Assembly: GCA_963797095.1 (NCBI GenBank)
Contig: CAWCNY010000006.1
Location: 320,001 to 384,000, forward strand
Direction of reading: 5' to 3'
Length of the DNA: 64,000 bases
Origin: an uncultured Chloroflexia bacterium
GTDB lineage: Bacteria > Chloroflexota > Chloroflexia > QHBQ01 > JADMIH01
The position numbers and the translations under genes were made by a program. The number at the start of each line of letters is the position of its first letter. Position 1 is the first letter of the stretch. The notes under the pieces are model-generated. The model was given only the letters and a program-made list of their open reading frames with translations. It did not search any database and was not told where the DNA came from. Of the stretch, positions 10,531 through 19,735 are shown one piece after another.

Positions 10531-11697
10531 ATGAACCTCCGCCGCATTGCCTTCGGTCTCCGACGCATCGCCATCGGCCTCGTTGTGAGCTTTGTTTGCC
10601 TCTATTTTGTCATCCGAGACGTGGACTGGGGCGAAATCCTTAGACACCTGAGTGAAGTGAACATCTTGCTGTTTCTCCTTTCGATGGTGCTCATGCTGGC
10701 CGCCTACTTCCTCATGACCTGGCGCTGGCAATTTCTCCTGGACCCCCTTGAGTTACCGGCATCGCCCTCCTCAGACCCTGAAGCTAGTGGTGCGCAGTTG
10801 GGAATCCGTGGTCGGGTGGGCTTGCTCCCACTCTATGCCAAGATGCTCACGGGCTATTTCTTCAATGCCTTCTTTCCCGCCCGCGCCGGTGATCTGGTGC
10901 GGGCTTATTTACTGGGGCGCGTCACTGGCCTTCGCAAGACCACCATCCTGGCAACGATCGTCATCGAAAAAGCCTTCGACGGCATAGCCCTCCTCCTCCT
11001 TTTCCTCCTCAGCCTGGTGCTTCTCCCTGCGGCCACCTCACGCGCCTCCGGCCTCTCGCCAGAGCTTTTGGCCTGGCTGGCAGCCATCGCCCTGGTGGCA
11101 GCGGTGGCGGGCCTCCTCCTATTCTATCGCTTCAGCGACCGCATAGGCCGGTTGGTAGAGAGGATCTTCGATTTCCTCCCCCTCCCCTGCAGGTTTGAGA
11201 AGTTGCTGGTACGCCTCATCGACACGTTCGCAGGGGGCATGCATATCTTCAAGACCCCTCGCCCCCTCATTATGGCCGGGCTTATCTCGGTGGTCGTGTG
11301 GCTGGTAGTAACGCTGATGTTCCTCGCGGCCCTTCTCTCCTTCAAAGCATCCTTCCCGTCCGACCTGATAAGCTTGCCCGGCCTTCTCTTTATGACCGGG
11401 CTGGTCAACCTGGGCCTGCTAATCCCTGCCCTACCTGGAAACGTGGGTACTTATGAAGCCTTGTGCATCGCCGCCATGGCTGTTTTTGCGGTGAACAAAG
11501 AGCTGGCGGTCGCCTTCGCCCTCATTTTCCACGTCGGCCAACTGCTAACTACGCTCGCGGTGGGCGTGATCGCCTTCTGGACGCAAAACCTCACCTTTGC
11601 CGAGATCGGCCCTGTAGAGCAGAAGGCCGAGCAAGAAGCCGAAGAGTCCCTGGCTCAAATAGAAGAACCCGAAGCTCTTCCCATCATCAGGCAGTAA
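10531..11697 (+). CDS. Lysylphosphatidylglycerol synthase TM / flippase-like (UPF0104) protein
   Basis: RW..LL, FFNAFFPARAGDLVR, EK.FD and PGNVGTYE motifs. Confidence 0.85.
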   Translation: MNLRRIAFGLRRIAIGLVVSFVCLYFVIRDVDWGEILRHLSEVNILLFLLSMVLMLAAYFLMTWRWQFLLDPLELPASPSSDPEASGAQLGIRGRVGLLPLYAKMLTGYFFNAFFPARAGDLVRAYLLGRVTGLRKTTILATIVIEKAFDGIALLLLFLLSLVLLPAATSRASGLSPELLAWLAAIALVAAVAGLLLFYRFSDRIGRLVERIFDFLPLPCRFEKLLVRLIDTFAGGMHIFKTPRPLIMAGLISVVVWLVVTLMFLAALLSFKASFPSDLISLPGLLFMTGLVNLGLLIPALPGNVGTYEALCIAAMAVFAVNKELAVAFALIFHVGQLLTTLAVGVIAFWTQNLTFAEIGPVEQKAEQEAEESLAQIEEPEALPIIRQ

Positions 11698-11764
11698 GCA
11701 TACCAACCAACTCTTCACATATCACGTATCATAAATAGATCACGCAACAGATAAGAGCTAGACT

Positions 11765-13048
11765 GTGAATATACTCGTTCTCGCGCCACAATGGCCCGAC
11801 CCTCCGATGCAGGGAGCCGCCATACGCAATCTGCAAATCGTGCGCTACCTGGCGCGCAACCATACTGTAAGCCTGCTTACCTTCGAGGGTCCAAAGGGGC
11901 ACGATACCCCACCGCGCTACGATCTACACGCGATCTGTCGCCACGCCGAAGTCCTACCCCCTCCTTCGCGCACGCGCAGGCAGCGTCTTCTCAGGCTTCT
12001 AACCTCTTCTTTGCCAGATATGGCGTGGCGGCTCTATTCGGACCCCATGTGGCGGCGGGTAGCCGAGTTATGCCAGGAGGAACAGTTCGACGCCATTCAT
12101 GTAGAAGGTATAGAGATGGCTCCCTACGCCCTCCTTGCCATGCGCCTCCTGCCGAATGCCCAGATGGTTTACGATGCCCACAACGCCGAGTATCTGTTGC
12201 AGCGTGGAGCCTTTACCACTGACTTCCGGCACATTCGACGTCTGCCCGCCGCGATCTATTCGCTGGTGCAGTGGTACCGCCTGCGCCGGTTCGAGCGCCA
12301 TGTACTTCTGATGAGCAAGCGCGCGCTTGCCGTCTCTCCAGCCGATGTGGCCGCCCTCTCTCGCCTATCTGTCTCGGCAAAAGACCATGTGACTCTTCTT
12401 CCAAACGGTGTAGACCTCGACTACTGGTCTCGCCAGGCTATTCGCCCTGAGGATTTCGAGGTGGGCCGTGAGGCCCTCGTCTTCGACGGCACGATGGATT
12501 TTCGCCCTAATGTAGACGCCGTACTCTGGTTCGCCCAGGAAGTGTGGCCCCTGATTCGCGCCGAACGCCCGCACACCCATTTTTACATTGTGGGACGCAA
12601 CCCTGCCCCCGAAGTGCTGGCCCTCAGCGAAAATCCCGGTATCATCGTTACCGGCATGGTAGACGATACCCGTCCCTGGGTCGCGGGTTGCGAGGTCTAT
12701 GTGGTCCCGATGAGAATGGGGGGTGGGGTGCGCCTGAAAGTGTTGCAGGCGATGTCGATGGAATGCGCTATCGTATCCACCCCGATGGGAGCGGAGGGCA
12801 TCGCCGTACGCCCTGGCAAGGACATGCTCCTCACCTTCTCGCCTCGTGGTTTCGCCAACGCGGTGCTCCTGCTACTGTCGGCCCGCCATCGCAGGCGTGC
12901 GCTCGGCACATCAGCCCGCGAGCTTGTCACCACCCTCTATTCGTGGGATAGCCTTCTCCCCGTGCTTGATGAGCTCTACCCTCAACCGTCACCTAAGACG
13001 GATGGCCCCATCTTGGAACAGGAAAACGAGGAACCAGCATCTTCCTAG
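11765..13048 (+). CDS. Glycosyltransferase family 4
   Basis: DAHNAE, PNGVD, GTMDFRPN and GGGVRLKVLQAM motifs. Confidence 0.9.
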   Translation: MNILVLAPQWPDPPMQGAAIRNLQIVRYLARNHTVSLLTFEGPKGHDTPPRYDLHAICRHAEVLPPPSRTRRQRLLRLLTSSLPDMAWRLYSDPMWRRVAELCQEEQFDAIHVEGIEMAPYALLAMRLLPNAQMVYDAHNAEYLLQRGAFTTDFRHIRRLPAAIYSLVQWYRLRRFERHVLLMSKRALAVSPADVAALSRLSVSAKDHVTLLPNGVDLDYWSRQAIRPEDFEVGREALVFDGTMDFRPNVDAVLWFAQEVWPLIRAERPHTHFYIVGRNPAPEVLALSENPGIIVTGMVDDTRPWVAGCEVYVVPMRMGGGVRLKVLQAMSMECAIVSTPMGAEGIAVRPGKDMLLTFSPRGFANAVLLLLSARHRRRALGTSARELVTTLYSWDSLLPVLDELYPQPSPKTDGPILEQENEEPASS

Positions 13049-13413
13049 AACAGCTTGATCCACTTCAACGAGAGCGACAAGCTGAACAGCAGTGTTGCCC
13101 CGATCAAGGTCGCGACCCCTGCGAAGCGCCAGTTGCGGGCCAGCACAAATGTAACAATCGTGGATAGCAGAGTAATGCCCGGCGTAAAAAGGAGCAATAC
13201 CACCCCCAGGCTCACAATCGCCAACGGATTGCCTGCCGTAAGCTCCGGCCCTAACCTATCAAGGGCTATCGAGTGATGCTCTGCATCAGCCGGTATGCTG
13301 GCACCCGCGATCAGCACCCAGCCCAGACCCACCAGCATGACGCCAAAGCTCAGGTACATCCCTGTCCTGAGTATCAACCCTGCCACCCGGTATGTCATGT
13401 TATCCCGGCTCAT
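13045..13413 (-). CDS. DUF1634-like small membrane protein
   Basis: ILRTG..S and GVVLLLFTP pattern; follows TauE genes as is typical. Confidence 0.75.
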   Translation of the reverse strand: MSRDNMTYRVAGLILRTGMYLSFGVMLVGLGWVLIAGASIPADAEHHSIALDRLGPELTAGNPLAIVSLGVVLLLFTPGITLLSTIVTFVLARNWRFAGVATLIGATLLFSLSLSLKWIKLF

Positions 13414-13417
13414 GCTT

Positions 13418-14254
13418 CTACCCTATGATCAGTCTGACCCCGACCAGCGCCAGCGCCAGCGCCAGCCCACGCACGATCCACCTGCCCTTGATCCTGCTTG
13501 AAAGTGCTCCCCCGATCTGAGCGCCACCTATGGCCCCGACTGCCATCGAAATGGCAGGTATCAGCCGCACATGCCCAAGCGTAAGCTGAGTGATCGACCC
13601 CGTCGCCGCCGATATCGCCAGGATAAAGTGCGATGTGGCGGTGGCGATATGCGCCGGGAAATCGAACAGCGTGATCAGGGCGGGCACGTGAATGATCCCG
13701 CCCCCGATCCCCAATATGCTCGACATGAACCCCACCCCAAAGCTGAGCACAACCCCCCACACAAGCGAGAAGCCGTATGTGTACTCCTCACCTTTGGAGT
13801 CCACCTTCGTGCGCACCGTCCATCCCCAACCTGCCGGGCCTTTCGGGCGTTCGAGGCGCACCTGGCTGGTTGCTCGTTTCTCCGGCCTCACCATCAGATA
13901 GAGCGAGATAATCACCAGCAGGCTACCGAAGATGATGTTGAATACCCTCCCGCTCAGCAACTCCACTATCAAAGACCCCAGCACCGCCCCCGGCAACGTA
14001 GCCACGGCGAATCGGATCCCTGTCTTGAAATCAACTCTTCCCTGCCGCCAGTACGAGATCGTACCGCTGGCGGCGTTGGCCGTCACTACAAAGAGCGATG
14101 TCCCAACCGCCTGCTCGTGCGGCCACTGAAGCACCAGCAGCAACACGGGCACGATTATGAACCCGCCACCGGCTCCTATAAGCGTTCCGTATGCTCCCAC
14201 TGCCAGCCCGAAGGTGATGAACGCAGGTATTGCAATCCATAAGTCTATATCCAT
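13418..14254 (-). CDS. Sulfite exporter TauE/SafE family
   Basis: GTLIGAGGGFIIVP and LGIGGGIIHVP repeats. Confidence 0.9.
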   Translation of the reverse strand: MDIDLWIAIPAFITFGLAVGAYGTLIGAGGGFIIVPVLLLVLQWPHEQAVGTSLFVVTANAASGTISYWRQGRVDFKTGIRFAVATLPGAVLGSLIVELLSGRVFNIIFGSLLVIISLYLMVRPEKRATSQVRLERPKGPAGWGWTVRTKVDSKGEEYTYGFSLVWGVVLSFGVGFMSSILGIGGGIIHVPALITLFDFPAHIATATSHFILAISAATGSITQLTLGHVRLIPAISMAVGAIGGAQIGGALSSRIKGRWIVRGLALALALVGVRLIIG

Positions 14255-14276
14255 GCTAAATACTCAATCCTTTTGA

Positions 14277-15155
14277 CTATTTATTTGTTGCGCTGTACAG
14301 GCCCAGCGTCTGAAGTACCATAAGTATTGCTATCACTACTGCGACCCACGCGAATATTCGCCTCAAGCGCGCGTTGGGTGTCCGCGGCACCAGCCACGCC
14401 CCTACCCTCGCACCCAGGAAAACAAACAGTGTAACAGGCACGGCCACCAGAGGGTCGATATCACCATGCGCATAGCGCACGAAGGCGGCGCTCGTGGAGG
14501 TTATACCTATCATCAGGTTGCTTGTGCCGGTCGCGACCTTCAAAGGCACGCCCATCAGCAGGTTCATCACCGGCATCTGCACGACGCCGCCGCCCACACC
14601 GAGCAGCCCTGCTACCACCCCGGCCAGCGCATTGGTGGCTATCCCAGCGCCAACTCTCCTGGGGGTGTAGCTTTCGCTCTTGCCTGCGGCAGGGTCGTAG
14701 TATTCGCCTGACAGGTCTAGTGCACCATCTTCCTTCGTATGTGCCTCCGCCTCATTTGCCGTTTTTACTACAGGTGCTGCGTCCGCGCGTCTTGCACCCC
14801 GCTGCATGGAGACGGCTGTATAAATGAGCATGACCGCGAACAGGCCGCTCAATATCTGTACAGGCAAGATCGCCGCCACCAGCGAACTAAGAAGCGCAGC
14901 AGCCGTCGTTGACATCAGAAGCACAAGCGCGATCCTGACGTTAGCCAGGCGATTGCGCACGTAAGTAGAGGCGCCCGCCGTGGACGTCGCAATTACCGCC
15001 ACATTGCTCGTTCCTACGGCTGTAAGGAACGGCAAGCCGAAGATCAGCCTTAGAGCAGGCACGACAAAGACCCCGCCTCCCAGCCCCAGCAACGCCCCCA
15101 ACAACCCCGCCACAAACCCCGTGAGCGCCAGCCCTGCGTAGTACAGAATTTCCAC
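14277..15155 (-). CDS. Sulfite exporter TauE/SafE family
   Basis: LGLGGGVFVVP and LGVGGGVVQMP repeats; TATAAT 6 nt before the GTG (probably leaderless). Confidence 0.9.
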   Translation of the reverse strand: MEILYYAGLALTGFVAGLLGALLGLGGGVFVVPALRLIFGLPFLTAVGTSNVAVIATSTAGASTYVRNRLANVRIALVLLMSTTAAALLSSLVAAILPVQILSGLFAVMLIYTAVSMQRGARRADAAPVVKTANEAEAHTKEDGALDLSGEYYDPAAGKSESYTPRRVGAGIATNALAGVVAGLLGVGGGVVQMPVMNLLMGVPLKVATGTSNLMIGITSTSAAFVRYAHGDIDPLVAVPVTLFVFLGARVGAWLVPRTPNARLRRIFAWVAVVIAILMVLQTLGLYSATNK

Positions 15156-15236
15156 GCGCCAATTATAACAGGTTGTGCTTTTGACAGCGTGCTCTTTGCG
15201 GGCTTATAATTCGGCTATCTCAAAGAGGAGGCGGCA

Positions 15237-15872
15237 TTGCTAGACCTTAATCAACTTGCTCGTTACAGCCTGGAGAGGCAAAAAGAACTCGAAGCCAACG
15301 GTATCTATTTTCTGGGTGATATTACGGACGAAGCAGCCGAGCGTCTTGGTCAGGCTCTCGTGTCTATGTCGGTCGAGAGGGAAGACCACTCGGACAAGCC
15401 GATAACGCTCTACATCAACTCGGGTGGAGGCTCGGTGGGGGCGGGCCTCGCTATGATGCAGATCGTCTACCGCATGCGCGCCCTTTATAAGGTCACTATC
15501 AACACTGTTGTCACCGGCTATGCCTACTCTATGGGCGCTATCGTGTTCCAGGCAGGTGATAAGCGGCAGATAGGCTCTTTTTCGACCCTCATGCTCCATT
15601 CGCCGCAATGGTTTCTGTCGGGTAGCGACCAGCAGATATTCAGCGACTACGCCACACTCGCCCGCCACTATAAGAGCCTGGTGTCCAACATCTTTGCCCA
15701 GCGCTCAGGCAAGCACGATGCCGCCTGGTGGGAGAAGTTGATCTATTCCGGTCGCGACCGCTTCCTGACAGCCGAGGAATGCATCGACCTGGGCCTTGCC
15801 GATGAGATCTATGGCCTCCAACTGGTGACGCCGCCGCCTCCAACTCCCGGCGCTGGGGTGACGCCGGAGTGA
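15237..15872 (+). CDS. clpP: ATP-dependent Clp protease proteolytic subunit (divergent)
   Basis: YINSGGGSV, AYSMGA (Ser), LMLHSP (His), RDRFL (Asp); GAGGAGG RBS. Confidence 0.85.
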   Translation: MLDLNQLARYSLERQKELEANGIYFLGDITDEAAERLGQALVSMSVEREDHSDKPITLYINSGGGSVGAGLAMMQIVYRMRALYKVTINTVVTGYAYSMGAIVFQAGDKRQIGSFSTLMLHSPQWFLSGSDQQIFSDYATLARHYKSLVSNIFAQRSGKHDAAWWEKLIYSGRDRFLTAEECIDLGLADEIYGLQLVTPPPPTPGAGVTPE

Positions 15873-15934
15873 CCGGTAGTCGGTAGTCGGTAGTCGGAAA
15901 CGGGAGCCGTCGTCTTTCGTCTTTCGTCCAACTC

Positions 15935-16768
15935 ATGAAAACCTATATCTCCTGTGATCTAGACGGTGTATGTGGTGTGGTGGATCGCGACCAGTTGTTC
16001 GATTCTGCCAGTGCCGATTATCGCCATGCTTGCCACTTACTCACCGGCGAGGTGAATGCTGCCGTTGAGGGTGCCCTGTCGGCAGGGGCTACCGAAGTGG
16101 TGATAAACGATGGGCATTACCGCATGCGCAATCTCGTCCCCGACGAGCTTCACCCGCGTGCGCGCTCTATTGCGGGCAGATTCAAGCCCGGTTTCATGGT
16201 CGAGGGTCTCGACAGCAGCTTTGGCGTTGTGCTCTTTGTGGGCTATCACGCCGCCGTTGGCGTGGCCGACGGCACCCTCAATCACACATACCATGCTCTC
16301 GAATTGCGCCTCAACGACATGGTTTGCAGCGAAGGGACCATCAACGCTGCCGTCGCGGGGCACTACGGTGTGCCCATTGGCCTCATAACCGGCGACGTGG
16401 CGGCCATCGACACGCTTCGCGCCCAGGTTGGCCCGCAACTGCAGGGTGTGGCGGTCAAGCGGGGTATTACGCGGTTGGCTGCCCACCACCTGATGGGTGT
16501 GCAGGAGGCCCGAGACGCTATACAAAGAGAGGCCGCTGCCGCCGTGCACTCGGCCATAGAGGGTACGGCAGCACCACCCCTCAAGTTGGACACGCCGGTG
16601 CGGATGCGCCTTGCCTTCAAAGAGACTATTTATGCCGATGCCTCGGCGCTGATCCCTGGAGCCGAGCGGCTGGATGGGCGCACTCTCCAATGGACCTGCA
16701 AAGACATCCTGGAGGCTTACCGCATTTTTGTAGTAACATATTACCTATCGCGCGGCGTGGAAGCATAA
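15935..16768 (+). CDS. D-aminopeptidase, M55/DppA family
   Basis: YISCDLDG, NDGH..MRN, VGYHA and LNHTY motifs. Confidence 0.9.
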   Translation: MKTYISCDLDGVCGVVDRDQLFDSASADYRHACHLLTGEVNAAVEGALSAGATEVVINDGHYRMRNLVPDELHPRARSIAGRFKPGFMVEGLDSSFGVVLFVGYHAAVGVADGTLNHTYHALELRLNDMVCSEGTINAAVAGHYGVPIGLITGDVAAIDTLRAQVGPQLQGVAVKRGITRLAAHHLMGVQEARDAIQREAAAAVHSAIEGTAAPPLKLDTPVRMRLAFKETIYADASALIPGAERLDGRTLQWTCKDILEAYRIFVVTYYLSRGVEA

Positions 16769-16795
16769 CAGGTCTAGAAAGAAGAAGGACCCGCC

Positions 16796-17650
16796 ACGGT
16801 AGACAACATTTTCTCGGGTAATGGCGGTGCAACCGGCGATGGCAGGATTGCCGTTCTCCAGGCGTGTACCGTTCTCTATGATACTCTCCCTGAACTCAAC
16901 TCTGCATCCCAACAGAGCGCTCTTGAGCGTATTGTGGGTCCATGCATCGTTGAATGGGCGTCTGTGGGTCCGGGAGGTTCGGCCACAGGCACCCTCTTGA
17001 TGGGGGGCGTGGCTGCCTTCGGCGACCACCGGATCGCTATGGTAGCCCTGTCCGCGCCTGTTCGGTCCGAGGTGCTCGATGTGACGGTCGAGGTGTCGCC
17101 CATGCCTGAGGAGCAGCGCCAGGCGCTCGCCAATCATAACGCCGCCGTGCGCGTCCTCTACATTGGTTTCGACCCAGACCCCATAGAACAGCTTACCGCC
17201 CTTTACCGTGTAGCGCGTGTGCTGCTGGCGCTTGGCGGCCTTGGGATCATCAACGAGCGTGCAGCTCTGGCTCAACCCGCTGAGCTTGCAGCCAGCTTGA
17301 TGCCCCAGCTTGGAGGCGATACGCCGCCTATCCAGCTTTGGACGGGCGCTGTCACCTTTGCACTGGGCGAGGCCGATGGCCTGAGCCGCTTCCTGCTACG
17401 CACCTATGGAATGGACCAGTGCGCGCTGCCCGAAATCGCTATTTATTTGAGCGACCGCGCCCAGGCAGACGATGCGTACCACACTATCATTAACGTTTGC
17501 CTATATCTTGTGCAGTCGCGCTCCAGCGTCCTCCTGGGTGTGGGCGACCGGGTCGAGTTCGCCGGGCATACCTATCTCCTGACCGACCCCCAGAGCGATG
17601 CCTCTGAGTTCGCCTCGGAAACGGGCCTTTACCTCCTGGTTGAAGTTTAG
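16796..17650 (+). CDS. Hypothetical protein (DUF4261-like C-terminus); start uncertain
   Basis: RTYGM..LPEI..YLV...VGD pattern; frame open from 16778; AAGGA RBS precedes ACG at 16796. Confidence 0.6.
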   Translation, partial: TVDNIFSGNGGATGDGRIAVLQACTVLYDTLPELNSASQQSALERIVGPCIVEWASVGPGGSATGTLLMGGVAAFGDHRIAMVALSAPVRSEVLDVTVEVSPMPEEQRQALANHNAAVRVLYIGFDPDPIEQLTALYRVARVLLALGGLGIINERAALAQPAELAASLMPQLGGDTPPIQLWTGAVTFALGEADGLSRFLLRTYGMDQCALPEIAIYLSDRAQADDAYHTIINVCLYLVQSRSSVLLGVGDRVEFAGHTYLLTDPQSDASEFASETGLYLLVEV

Positions 17651-17877
17651 CTCATATAGGAATATCGTATAGGCAACTCCATTTCTCACCTTGCACGCCT
17701 ATCCCGGTGCTCTGCCGCCAGGACCGCAGTAAGGATACTTTAGTACAGCCGGTGATGGGGTCTTTAGTAGGTTGATTGGAATGTGGTTGGACTTCCCCTC
17801 GCTAACTTAATGACATTGGTGGGGCAAAACGGGACAGGTTTTGGGGTGTACTTTAAGGACAGTTTTATGACAGGATA

Positions 17878-18112
17878 CCACCCAAGCCAAGTCCCGGAGG
17901 GACGGCAGAGAGTAGCCCAGGGCGTAAGCCCTGTGGTAAGCCAAGGACAATGCCATAGCCCCATAGGGGCGTAAGAACAAGCACTCCAGCGTTGCATCAT
18001 GCAATGCTAATGCTCTTACGTCCCTCCGGGACTACTTACTTGGGCGGTATGAACCGCAGGGCTTACGCCCTGGGCTACTTTCTTGCGTCCCTCCGGGACT
18101 TGGCTTGGGTGG
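17878..18112. repeat. REP/BIME-like long inverted repeat
   Basis: ~60-bp arms 17878-17937 and 18053-18112 containing GTAGCCCAGGGCGTAAGCCCT and GTCCCGGAGGGAC. Confidence 0.85.
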
Positions 18113-18143
18113 CACTCTGGTAGAGTACCCACAAGGAGTGCCC

Positions 18144-18875
18144 CTACAGAGATTGGGCGATTACGACCAGGCAGGAGCCTTTGCTGTTGGAGGCTACCTT
18201 CGCGCTGACTTGAAAACCGGCCTCTTCCAGCCTCTGTCTTAGGAGGCCGATCCAGCCGTACCAGCCGCCATTCTCGGCCAGCTTGCCCAGTCTGCGTTGT
18301 ATCACTTCGATATCGGAGGTCTCCGGGCTGTTTTCGTGACCGTATATGACCCTGGCGATACCTTCCAGCGTTCTGGCCCTGGTGTCTTTCGGCTTTAGCC
18401 ATCCGCCCGGTACGATCACGAGTGCTCCGCCCGGTCTGAGCACGCGCCGCAACTCGGCAAGGGTCTGCGGGTCGGCTATGTACTCGCTGGGGAAGGTGCT
18501 CACCACCGAGTTAAAATAGGATGCGGGGAAGGGCAGCGCCTGTGCGCGTGCTTTCAACATCCTGTTCGACAGCAATCCAAGCCTGCGCGCCTTACTGCGC
18601 GCTTGCCGCAACATTTGTGGTGACGCATCTATCCCCCACACCTCGAATCCTGCCCCCGCAAGATCGGCTTGGAGGTTGCCCGTGCCCATCCCCACTTCCA
18701 GCACCCTCGGACCTGTGAGGTGCGGTATGGCTGCCCGCTGCCACCACCGCCACTGCCCCATGAAGAAGGTGCTGCTTACCCAATCGTAGGCCCACGCGAA
18801 CGGCCCGTAGAGCGATTCGAACGCCAGCTTGCACATTCGAGCGCGCATCCCACCCGACCCGCTGACTTGCTGCAT
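18144..18875 (-). CDS. Class I SAM-dependent methyltransferase (UbiE-like)
   Basis: VLEVGMGTG, IDASPQM, LPF..FNSVV and RVLRPGG motifs. Confidence 0.9.
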   Translation of the reverse strand: MQQVSGSGGMRARMCKLAFESLYGPFAWAYDWVSSTFFMGQWRWWQRAAIPHLTGPRVLEVGMGTGNLQADLAGAGFEVWGIDASPQMLRQARSKARRLGLLSNRMLKARAQALPFPASYFNSVVSTFPSEYIADPQTLAELRRVLRPGGALVIVPGGWLKPKDTRARTLEGIARVIYGHENSPETSDIEVIQRRLGKLAENGGWYGWIGLLRQRLEEAGFQVSAKVASNSKGSCLVVIAQSL

Positions 18876-19137
18876 ATGGTTATTGTAACATCAGGTCGCC
18901 GACAAGTGGTTGAAGGACCAGACACACTATTGTGTGCAAGAAGAGAGGAGACAGTGAGGCTTTCTGCTAAGCATCAAATTGACTCTTGCCTAGCGAGTCG
19001 TGTATAGTTGAGGTCACGGCAACAATCGTCAACCCGATAGTTGATATCGGGTGTGTAACTCTCCAATTTATGCCTCCTTATAGCTGCATGCCCATGGTGT
19101 GGTTGTTCCGAGCACAACGGAAGTACAGGAGGCATCA

Positions 19138-19560
19138 GTGAGTCAGACCATCCAACGTGACGTCGGCAACCCCTCTGGTCAGAAACATATCGTTGTTGTC
19201 AATGACAGCGAGGACCTACTCGATCTTATCAAAACAGTGCTGGAAGAGGGAGGGCATGAAACGACAATACTTCATGCAAGCGATGGCGCTTACAAAAAGA
19301 TCAAGGAGTTACAGCCAGCACTTCTAATTCTCGATATTGTAATGGAGCAGCCCGATAGCGGCTGGCAATTGTTACAAATATTGAAGCTCGACACCCAAAC
19401 AAGCGAAATTCCTGTCATTATATGTAGCGCAGACAGCAGATTCCTACACGCAAACGAAGAACGACTACAGCGTCTTGGCTGTTATATTCTCCCCAAGCCC
19501 TTCGATATTGACGAACTGCTTCAACTGGTCAATTTAGCGATGACTGCGGAAGCGCTCTAA
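19138..19560 (+). CDS. Single-domain response regulator receiver
   Basis: VVND, LILDIVM, IPVIICSA and KPFDIDEL motifs; CAGGAGG RBS before GTG. Confidence 0.9.
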   Translation: MSQTIQRDVGNPSGQKHIVVVNDSEDLLDLIKTVLEEGGHETTILHASDGAYKKIKELQPALLILDIVMEQPDSGWQLLQILKLDTQTSEIPVIICSADSRFLHANEERLQRLGCYILPKPFDIDELLQLVNLAMTAEAL

Positions 19561-19735
19561 CCTATGACGACCGCGAGCACTACAATCGCATGATTGCGGC
19601 CTCAGATGAGACCGGGCGGCTTATGGGAGTGATTGACGCGGCGATACCGGTATGGCCCCTGGTCTAAGCAGAACGCTTGCAGATCTGATCCGGCAACCGT
19701 TGACTTGCTGCATACGGTTATTGTAACATCAATAG

